Source: Spirogloea muscicola (lineage: Eukaryota). Taken from it: a DNA stretch of 32,617 bases. The first letter of the stretch is position 1, and every line of letters starts with the position of its first letter. This document shows, piece after piece, positions 11,342 through 20,596 of the stretch. The translations under genes and the position numbers were made by a program. The notes below the pieces were generated by a model that was not told the DNA's origin, ran no database searches, and saw nothing but the letters and a program-made list of their open reading frames with translations. The DNA is taken from contig WELB01000012.1 in assembly GCA_009602725.1 (NCBI GenBank), forward strand, positions 307,242-339,858, in the 5' to 3' direction.

Positions 11342-11848
11342 CTGCTGCCTCCCACTCCTCTAGCAGCTCTAGAAGCGGACGCAGGTCGGGTCGACAATGC
11401 CCCCATCGGCTCAGCTCCCTTCACTCCGTGGCACCCCAGGCCCTCCACCCCCCCCCCGGCCATTCCTCCTGCCACAGCTGCTGCCTACCATTCCTCTTGC
11501 AGCTCCAGAAGCGCACGCAGGACGGGTCAACACGGCCCCCGTTGGCACTGCTCCCCCCGCTTCGTGGCACCCCCAGCCCTCCTCCCCCCCCCTGCCATTC
11601 TTCCTGCTGCGGCTGCTGCTCCCCACTCCTGTAGCAGCTCCGGAGGCAGACGCAGGACTGGTCGCCAAGGCCCCCATCGGCATTTTTGGCCCTCCTTTCC
11701 ACCCCCTCCATCCTTCCTCCCACTGCTGCTGCCTCCCACTCCTCTAGCAGCTCCAGAAGTGGACGCAGGACGGGTCAACAAGGCCCTCAGCGGCACTTCC
11801 GGCCCTCCTTTCCCCCTCTATTATCCCTCCTGCCACTGCTGCTGCCTC
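11342..11848. repeat. Diverged tandem repeat of 4 units (136, 135, 113, 113 bp)
   Basis: Units start at 11342, 11478, 11613, 11726 with CTGCTGCCTCCCACTCCTCTAGCAGCTCCAGAAGCGGACGCAGGACGGGTC-like cores and C-rich spacers. Confidence 0.9.
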
Positions 11849-12341
11849 AGTCGTGTTGAGGGCTAGCTCGCTCTGCAGAATCCTGCAGTACACTGGACCT
11901 CTTGCACATCACAAAGATATAGGACCATTGCTTGCACGTGAGATTCGACAGGCAATCACCAGTAATGGGTGACTACTGCTTCCCTTGCGCATTTGAACTC
12001 CCAATCTTCTCCGTCACTTCTACACTCTGCTTTGGCAGCTGCAAAGGGTCCATGGCCTGCACATGTCTGCTTCAACCTCCAAGGGGTGTCATTAATGGCC
12101 GTGCGGGGCAGTCCGTTTTGCTTGCTTGCATAGGCCTCATTGCTGGCGACAAACAATTTCCAAAACAATTCCCGAAAGGAGGAAACACCTTCTCTCGTAC
12201 TCTTGATGTCTGCAGCAACTTCCCCTCTGTGACTGCTGGGCGTGTAGCTACATTTCCACAAATGCATGTAAGCTTGCAAGCAATGCATCCTTGGCACAAC
12301 GAGGTGGACTCCCATCATTCAGTGTCAACTACCGCCAATAC

Positions 12342-15300
12342 TTATGAACGATATCTGGATTTTAAGATTGCAAATGTAGCTGTAGCACCTATAGCTAATC
12401 CAGCTGCAGCAGTGACGGTTGCCCAAGGCCTTGAGAGAAGGAGCCTGGAAGACTTGGCAGCAGCCAGGGACATGTATGCTCTTGCTGTAGCAGGCAAACA
12501 GCAGATGTAGAATGCGACACCGCAGGACCTTCCAAAGCTTTTCAGCGAGAAGTCCTGACCAGAGCAGACAAACCGGGCCACTGATGTCAGACCATGCTTA
12601 GTTGATGCTAACAACATCGATGACATAGTTGAGTGGACAGACAGCAATCACTGTCCAGGGGCCCAGGTAATACCACAACTAGGTGCCAACTGTATACTGC
12701 GGCTTGCTTAAATTACAATGTAAGGAGAGCGGAGGTCCTGCCTGGGGTAACCTCCGAGCTTCAGATAACCTGCGGACGTGAAGTATTGTATTGCTCAAAG
12801 CATATGGCCACAGGTCAGGTGGCGTGTCGTTATAAGCAGCAGATACAACTTGAAATGCTGTTGAGGCGCCTTCCTCAATCGCTCTTAGTATCTTCTCCTC
12901 CCGCTGCTCTCTATGCCTTCACCCACAATATTCTCAAGATCACTCACAATGTCCGCAGCAGTTCAGGACAAGCAGACGCAGAGCTTATTCCGGTCATCTT
13001 CAGATGGCAGTTGCCAATCTAGGCAATCCTGTAGACGAATATCTAGCCTTTGGTTGGGCATACATGCCCAATCAAAGGCTTTTTGGGCAACAACAACAAT
13101 TAGGACAGCAGCTTACCAGAGGTATGACCGCAGCATCTTCTCCGGTTGGTATACTGGGCGACCATGCATTGGTATCAAAAAGGTGGGCTTCAGTGCAATG
13201 AGTCTGTGTGTAGTGTCAAAGTAGTCCTGCATAAGTGCAACTCCCAATAAGAAGTCATCACAGCAGTTACTCTGATGCTTGCTAGATACTACTCATTGCC
13301 TTCCTTTTCAATGAATCGTCGGTGGTTTCTCGCATAGTAATCCCTGAGCGCTTCAAGACTTTCACAGCACGCCATGCTGACAAATAAGAAAGGGAAGAGA
13401 CAACTTCAACCCCCTGAGTAGGGGACTAAGTGATGCTGACCTGCATGTCACCCCCCGAGGAGCTGTCAAGAACAGCGCTCCCTTGCCTGCCAGATTGTGC
13501 ATCATGCTCTACTTTCACATTCTCAAATTTCATGTCAGGTACCTCAAGCTTTTTTGAGCTTGCCAAGCTACAGGCGGCATGCACCACCATTAATCTGCTC
13601 AGCAGTTGCTCTACATGAGTCTACACAAGCTTACCCAACACAGTGATCACCAGCGATCAATGTTCTTGTTGAAGGATTGAAAAGCGCAAGGTGGCCCTCT
13701 GTGTGTCCCTGCATGCAGATCTTGCATACTTTACTGAAAATTTCATCTGGAATAGGGCCCACTGCCCCTTACTGCGAGACAAATACAAATACACACTTTG
13801 TACTGCACCTGACTACTAGCCATCCTTATTGGCTCCAGGTACTTGAGAACAAGGACAAACTCCTCTAAAGGACAAGCTGATGAATAACGTCGGGAGGAGG
13901 GCAAACTCACTGGTGCTTCAATGACTATCATTCTGTCATCTCCAACTAGTATTTCTTCCCCACCCTTGACTGCCCACTTCTGCAGATGTATACCATCTGC
14001 ATAGCTGGGCATCTCTCAGCGGAAGGATGCCAAAAGCAATACCTAATGCAACCTGGGCCTGAATATGTAAGCAGGCCCAAGAGGGTGACCCTGTGCATGC
14101 TAAATTGTGGAGCCACATTAACCAGGCATTTGATGGCTATGACTTACTTTCTCCTAAACGGAGTAAGGTAGCTTCATGTGCAATTAGAATTGCCTTCGGA
14201 TTACTCTTGGCTACTACACCTAAGCCTGCACGCATCACTCATTGCAAAGGCCGTAAAGGGAAGTCTTGCAGATGTAAGAAGACTCGCAACACAGAACCTC
14301 CATCATTTGAATGAGGAATAGTTGAGTATCAGCAGTAATATCAATAAATTCGTGGTGGAATCACATACTCAGGTTTGCCAGGATCTTAGAGCAATGACCA
14401 GGATAGACTTGACACAAGAGCTGCTGTAGTCACCTTGGACATGGTCTTGATGGTGGTGAGTGAGAAAGACCAGGAGCTTGTGCGGTAAGGCCGACACGAT
14501 ATTTTCTAGCTGCTCTGCAGTATGGACGACAAGGAGTGAGGTGCACTGCATCAGACAATCTCATTCTGATCGAAAGAAGCGACAAGACAAGCACATTATG
14601 CAACACTGAGCAAGAGGGTTACACTATGTAAGCATTGCCGGATCTAGCAAGGTCTGTGCAAAGCACACGTAAAGCATATAGCCAATCGTGCCAAAGATCA
14701 GCATCAACCAAGATCACCCTGCCTTTTACGAAAGCTGCTGCCCTCCTGACCTGCTTCTGAGAAGAGCCCGGACTAGCTCCAGGATCAACCAGTAAACATT
14801 CACCCAAGCACAGTTGTCCTGATTCATCATTCTTGTACATGCCATCAAAGACAACAAGATTGGTCTTCGTGAACGGCTTCAACGTCATTGTCTGCATTGG
14901 AAGAATGGAATAGCCAGGGGGATACACCTGCAAGAGCGGATGTAAGCAGATTTTAGCTACTCTTACCAACCGTTCTGCAAGGTACTGCTACATTAGTGGT
15001 ATAGTGGTAAGTTCCTCACACTACCTTGTCATTGAGATATCGATACAACAACTTCGTGTATGGCTGCTAGAAGAGCCCTAGGCCTCCCTCTGCAACTGCT
15101 GATGACTAATATGCTTTTGCAACTTCTGCTCTCAATCCTTCTGCAAATGATCGCTGCGAGCTACTGCTAAGCTTCTACACCAGTAGGATAACCAGCAAAC
15201 TATCAGGACAATCAACAAAGTATACCAGGTACGCTGAGTGCCAGGACGACCATAAAGCGAACGACTGCGACCTGCCAGATAATCTACTGTTTATGAGAAA

Positions 15301-16420
15301 CCAGTAGTGTGCTGTGCATGAGAGTAAACAGAAGAGCTCACACCTGAGCCTGAAATGGACACATGGCTTTCCAAACTCGACCATCGCGATAGTGTGGCGA
15401 GAAGACATGCATTGTCAACGGCCCCACTGTCATTGCGACGTCCTTGTGTAGAAGAGCATCGAGCGCTTGTTGGGGGCTTATCCATTTCCAATCTGTCAAA
15501 GGCAGATCATGTCCTTCAAAATCCTGGTAACAGATTTCAGCCAGCTATAAGACTTCAATGAGTCTCTTATATAGGTCTCAAGTACATGCTTGACAGTGAT
15601 TGAGTGAGAAACAGAAATCTCAAGTCTAATATCTATTATGAAAATTAGACCCGTAGAACGTCACAAATCAGTCCACTGCTTGACGACTGCGGTAAGAGGA
15701 CTCAGACAAGCTATGCAAGCAGAGTGCATCTGCCGCATGCCAAAGAAGGCGTGCGCGCGAGAATGAATGATAACCAATGGAAGCGTCAATAGCAGCTCCA
15801 ATACCAGCTACTAAGAGACTCTCTGTCTGTCACTTACAAGGAGCACAAGGTGGACACTTTAAGAAGAGGTGCCAATCTACCTTGTGTGGGGTCCTCCAAG
15901 GCGAATGTCTCGGCGGCGTCAGTCACGAAAAGCATGTATTGGCGATGTGGCCCTGGCCCGAAGTCAGGCTCCTCGTACGTGCTCCAGTAGCGCCACTCGT
16001 TCTTGGGGTCCACAGCAGCCGCCACCTTCAGCAGCACCTGCCATGCACAGGATGTCATGCCTCCGCATGATTAGGCTGTCTCTGTCTCGTCAGGACATTG
16101 GCTTCACAAGTACCGCATCTACGCCAACGTTCACAGAGAAGCTCCTGACGAGACTAGACCTCCAGGATGGCCTTCGAGGCGTCCAGGCCGTGCCACCCGA
16201 ATTGGCGCAGGTAGCGCTCGACAATCGCGGCCTGCTCCTCCACGGCGGAGGACTGGACATCGCGGTCCGGCGGGAGCGCGGGCCGCGGCTCCAGGCGCGC
16301 CACGGGCACGTCCAGGAAGCCCTCGCCGAGGTCCGGCGAAGGCGAGCAGGCCGCACGGAAGGAGTCGCCGCGCGAGAGGTCCCGCACAATGAGCGCCAGG
16401 AAGCGCTCCTCGCCGGGCAT
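12342..16420 (-). CDS. Metallo-beta-lactamase-fold hydrolase (plant LACTB2-like family) with an N-terminal extra domain and a hydrophobic C-terminal tail; 12 exons
   Basis: In-frame exons give YEEPDFGPGP, MQTMTLKPFTKTNLVVF, LLVDPG, metal-binding THHHQDHVQG, PGHTEGH, LIAGDHCVGQGSAVLD, LIPMHG, HREQREEKILRAIEEG, DFSLKSFGRSCG; stop at 12342. Confidence 0.9.
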
Positions 16421-16486
16421 CCCGGCCAGCTCGACAGCGCCCCGCCTGTCGAGCTGGCCGGGATGCCCGGCCAGCTCGACAGCGCC
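16412..16486. repeat. Perfect 26-bp inverted repeat (8-nt loop) plus a third direct copy, over the start codon of the MBL gene
   Basis: 16412-16437 is the reverse complement of 16446-16471; 16421-16441 is repeated at 16466-16486. Confidence 0.9.
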
Positions 16487-16619
16487 GCCGCCGCCGCCGC
16501 CGCCGCNTGCCGCCGCGGCGGCGGCTCGCCGACGGGCAGGCGGCTGCCACGACCAGCCGCCGCCGTCTACCGTCAGAACAGTGGGGCGCGCAGAGCATCT
16601 GATTGAGCGCATTGACAGG

Positions 16620-16700
16620 GGAAAAAGGAATTGCGACTGCTGATTACTTCCAGAGCGGCTGTAGAAGCCAGCCAGGTGCATCGAGAGTGTTGTTCATGAA
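16620..16700 (-). mobile_element. Short 3'-terminal stub (family C)
   Basis: Minus ATGCACCTGGCTGGCTTCTACAGCCGCTCT...CAGCAGTCGCAATTCCTTTTT matches the copy at 17228-17310. Confidence 0.6.
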
Positions 16701-16948
16701 TGCGGCTATCATTGAGTGTACAGCGCTCCCAGGCACTTGCGATACACCAGCATGCTGGGCGTGCATTGGCCCAGGTTAATGGCTTCCGTGGTGGTGGTTT
16801 GGCTCCTCAGCTTAGCTTGTCAGATATGCGTGTGCTCACTCGGGGATATTGGTGTCCCCCTTAGCTAGCTCATTAACCCGTAACAGGACATTTGTAAGGC
16901 TAGAATAGGCCTCCCTTTCAGTTTCATGCGCACCGCGCGCCTTCTCTC
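16698..16948 (+). mobile_element. 5'-truncated CRE-like copy, same family as 9705-10150
   Basis: High nucleotide similarity to 9906-10154 (QRSQALAIHQHAGRALAQVNGFRGGGLAPQLSLSDMRVLTRG) and the same CATGCGCACCGCGCGCCTTCTCTC end. Confidence 0.88.
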
Positions 16949-17227
16949 ATGACTATATTTGCGGAGCCACAGGCTAGGCAAACTTGCAGACTGGCAAGGC
17001 AGAGGGCAGCTGTTTTTCCGATGGCGGCGAGGGCCCAATAAGGCCAGCCCTCAGACGAGGGCTGACAAGGTCCAGACGGAGACGGAAAGCGGGGTGGCAC
17101 GCGGGAAAACAAGCGGTCACCAGGGATGGCCGTTCAGTAACCCCTCATTAGCAGCAGCGAAGGGAGGCCAAGCCGAGTCAATGAGTCATGTGCGGTGTGA
17201 TTCTGAGGGCCAGATAGGGGCCTGAAC

Positions 17228-17310
17228 GAAAAAGAAAAAAGAAGAATGCGGCTGCTGCTAGAAAGAGCGGCTGGAAAAAGCCAGCCAGATGCATACAGGT
17301 CTTCATGAGG
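17228..17310 (-). mobile_element. Short 3'-terminal stub (family C) with T/C-rich tail
   Basis: Minus ATGCATCTGGCTGGCTTTTTCCAGCCGCTCT...CAGCAGCCGCATTCTTCTTTTTTCTTTTT. Confidence 0.6.
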
Positions 17311-17759
17311 GAGCCACAGGAGATTTGTTTTGGCCTGCTGAAGGTGATCTTCAATGAAGTCAGCAAGTGGTCAAGTGTGCCCTGTGCGTTGCATTTGGCC
17401 TACCATATCTTCCTCCTGTCGTGACCACTGTCACTGCACCTACGACAGCTATTGCTGATACAGGTCAACCCCCTTTGCAGAAGTGAAGAGTAATAGAAGA
17501 GGAATAAAGTTGAAGGAGTGATACTGTGGCAAGGAAAGGCAGAGCTGTTCAGCCGTCACTGAGCACTAATTTGCGTTCTCCCTCAAACAATGGGAGAGGG
17601 ATATGTACCAGAGGTTTTTATTGACTGTCATACCGACAGGAGTATCTCACATGCAAGACGACTGCCTACTTGGTCAATGGAAGTGTGCGCAACCTTTGAC
17701 CTAGAAAGCCGTTGTCATAACCAGCTTGCGGCATTCAATGCGAGAACATGGAAGAGCCA

Positions 17760-19621
17760 GGACTAGCGCTTCAACACTGTTGCTTGAAAGTACAAGCTCA
17801 CATGCTCCAGTCTTCCCTGCCATGGCCTTCCCACTGCCCCATCCAACGCAGGTGCAATGCTATGACAAACATGAGACTGCTCGTGAACACGTATCAGTGT
17901 GACAACACGACAGCTGCTGCAGAATGCCATGGGCTCCACGCTTTTATAAGCCTGCACTGATGTGTTCCTTATGCTGTACAAGTGCAGTCCGTGGCATTGT
18001 AGTATGCCCACTGCTTAGATTATATTGTACAAACACATCAATAAAATAAGAGGAAGGCCTTTTAGCCATTCTCCACATGGGTCACACAGATGCTATGATT
18101 GTCTGTGCGTGACCATGCCTGTAGATTTCTTGCAGCTGCAGCCTCGATAAATAAGGCCACTGACTCTTCAGGTTGCTGACTGCACAATCAGTCTCTTGGG
18201 CCTTGAAAAGCACCGCCTCTGCCACAGCGGCTTGCCCTGTCCTACCTTGCTCTTCTGCCAGCAGCCCACACGTTTCAGCTGCTGCTGCCTCTTCATCATC
18301 ATGCCCTGCGTGCGCTGCTGCTCTAGCAAGAAGGCCCTATGTTGCAGAAGCCAGTGCTGGTGCAGTAGTTTCTCCAGAGCAAGGCCACTTGTGTATGACG
18401 GAGATGTGGGAGGCGGCTGGCTAGCATTCTGGCTGCCAGAGAGAAACTCAAGCAACTTCTCGGCTTTCTGCTTCTTCGTCACTGTCTTTGAGGCATCCTC
18501 AGGTTGTCCTCTTCCAGAAGCCCCGGGAGGATAGCTGCAGCGCTGCAGCTCGACTCTTGTCGGGCTCGTGATTTGGGCGACCATCTTGGATTCCCCATGC
18601 AGTCGCCTCGCTGGTATATCGTCAACCAAGTCCATCTTCTCAAATCTGCCGAAGACGTTGGTCACTGTTGGCGCAGCATTATTCTGTCTGGCAACGCCTG
18701 AGGACGCTATGTCCTCAGAAGGTATGTACGCCCGAACCTTGCCGGGAAGGGCTCTGGCACCAGGATGAAGGTCTCGATTGTGAAGTGATGCTGCTGTCTT
18801 GCGGAAGGCTAGCTGCAGGTCGAGTTCCAGGAAGGCTTTGCACTGCATCAAGTAGGAGCAAGTGTAATTTAGCAAAGAGAGGAACGGCCTTCAAGCTCGA
18901 CGACTGGCAAGGAGGACTTCGGAAGCCTGGCAACTGGATGGCCACATTGCAGCCGCACCAGAATAGCAGCTATGCCGGCTAGCACAGGATGGGCGCCAGC
19001 TGTGCACGAACTACCATGACGGACTTCTGCCCCTTTAATCAGCTGTAAATTGGACTGCTGCAGCTTCTGCTGCGCACTTATGCAGTCGTCCAATGCCCGC
19101 CATGCACGAGCTCCGGGCGAGCGTCTCACCTGAGAACGACCGGGCTCATGCGCCGTGGCTTGGTAGGATGTGCAGCCTTGGCTGCAGGAGCGGCTGGCGG
19201 AGCTTGCGGCGACCATTGAGTCAGAGTGCTCCAGTCCGAGTGCTTCAGCAAGGGGGAATGGGCAGAGCAGCCAGAGGCGGCGGTCGGAGTTCGATGGTGG
19301 GAGGGAGTCAGAGGCCGCGTGGGCGAGGGAGCGGAGCGAGGGCTGGGGCCTGCAGGGCTGGGGTGGGGCAGCTGGGACTCGTCCGGGCTTTCGGAGTCAG
19401 TGGCAGGATGGCCGCTCATGAAGCCCGGCTGGGCTTTTGGAGGGGGGGACCGGGACGCGCCTCGTGCTGACGCCCGCACGAGGCCGCCGGGGGCCCCCTC
19501 CGCCTTCCCCCGCAGGCCGCCACGTGGCGGCTCGGCCGGGGCCCCGCCCGTCCCCACCCCCGCTGGCGGGCTTTCCGCGACGCCAGGCGCCGCTGATTGC
19601 CGCGCTCCTGGGCGCCGCCAT
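17760..19621 (-). CDS. Hypothetical multi-exon protein; exon structure unresolved
   Basis: GC-rich start with ATG at 19621, plausible donor CAG|GTGAGA near 19129, long open frame 18875-18168 after a TGCAG acceptor, protein-like segments in neighbouring frames; no family recognised. Confidence 0.4.
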
Positions 19622-20110
19622 GAGTCAGTTCCGCTTCTCCGCGGCTATGGAAATCAAGATTCCGAATTTCTGGCGCGCGGTGTTGCCGGTTCTGAGGACT
19701 TCTGCCTTTCGGCCTCTGCTTACCTCGCCCTTTTCGCGCCGAAGGGTCCGCTCGCGCCCTGCGGCTGCCGCGTGGCGGCCAACCCGGGCTATCCGGTGCG
19801 CCTAACCGACCGGCCCCGGTCGGGCTCACCGCGGACGGTCGCGGGGGACGGGGCCGGCTCGCCGCGACCGGCACATGCCGCGCCCGGTCGGGTCGGGCCG
19901 GCTCCGGTCCAGAACGACCGGTGCCAGCAACCCCACGCGGTCCGGTCCACCGTCGCCCAGGCGCCCTAAGTGGCCACGGAGGCGGGGCAGGAGCATCGCC
20001 GGGGCCCAAAACGGAATCTCAGCATCGGCGCACCCCCACCAATTCGAACCCCGCCCGTTCATTCCACAGGCCCGGGCTCTTCCACATGTTTGAACAAGGG
20101 CAGATGCATA

Positions 20111-20158
20111 AGCAAGCGCGGCCAGATTAACTGGTGGCTGGGAGAGGCCAGCCCAAAA
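20111..20158 (-). mobile_element. 48-bp inserted element (family A) with a perfect 12-bp target-site duplication
   Basis: GGCAGATGCATA at 20099-20110 and 20159-20170 flanks a sequence whose reverse complement nearly matches 10777-10824. Confidence 0.85.
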
Positions 20159-20596
20159 GGCAGATGCATAGCTCCCACTCCGCGCCGCATCGACGACCCC
20201 CCCGGCGCCGCGGTCGGCGCCAGAGGAGGCCCGCCGCAGTACCTGAGCGCCCGCAGCGCCATGGCGCCGCCGCCGCCGCCGCACGGCTGGCNCACGGCTG
20301 GCCGCGCGCCGCCGCCGCCGCCAGTCTCAGTGCCGTCGCGCCCCCCGGGGCCCTGCCCCTCGCAACTGGCCGTTGACGGAGGGTGCGGCGCAGTGGAAAG
20401 GCCTGGAACGTCTCTCGACAACGTCTACAGCAGGGAACTGCAGTTGCGCAGTCTGGAAGAGCTTGCAGGCATGGAGACATTGCCTGCGTGTGCGAGGTTG
20501 TTCCACTGCTGAGGCCAACAGGATAGCTAGGGCGGTTGTGTCAGAAGCCGTTCTGTCAGAAGCACTACGCAGTTCATTACACCTGTCAGAAGCGAC

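Noticed and set aside
11342..11848. Repeat array as a CRISPR-like locus
   Set aside because: Long diverged units with related low-complexity spacers, eukaryotic context, no cas genes
11932..13224. Plus-strand ORFs of 100-190 aa
   Set aside because: Antisense to the last exons and 3' UTR of the MBL gene; no motif or splice support
20042..20052. GGTTCGAAT B-box-like motif on the minus strand
   Set aside because: No T-stem or acceptor-stem pairing around it, unlike 22007-22084
19226..20512. Long overlapping Arg/Gly/Pro/Ala-rich ORFs on both strands (also near 6100-6800, 15870-16680, 25450-26800)
   Set aside because: Expected in very GC-rich, stop-poor promoters and first exons; no recognisable domains; many are antisense to real exons
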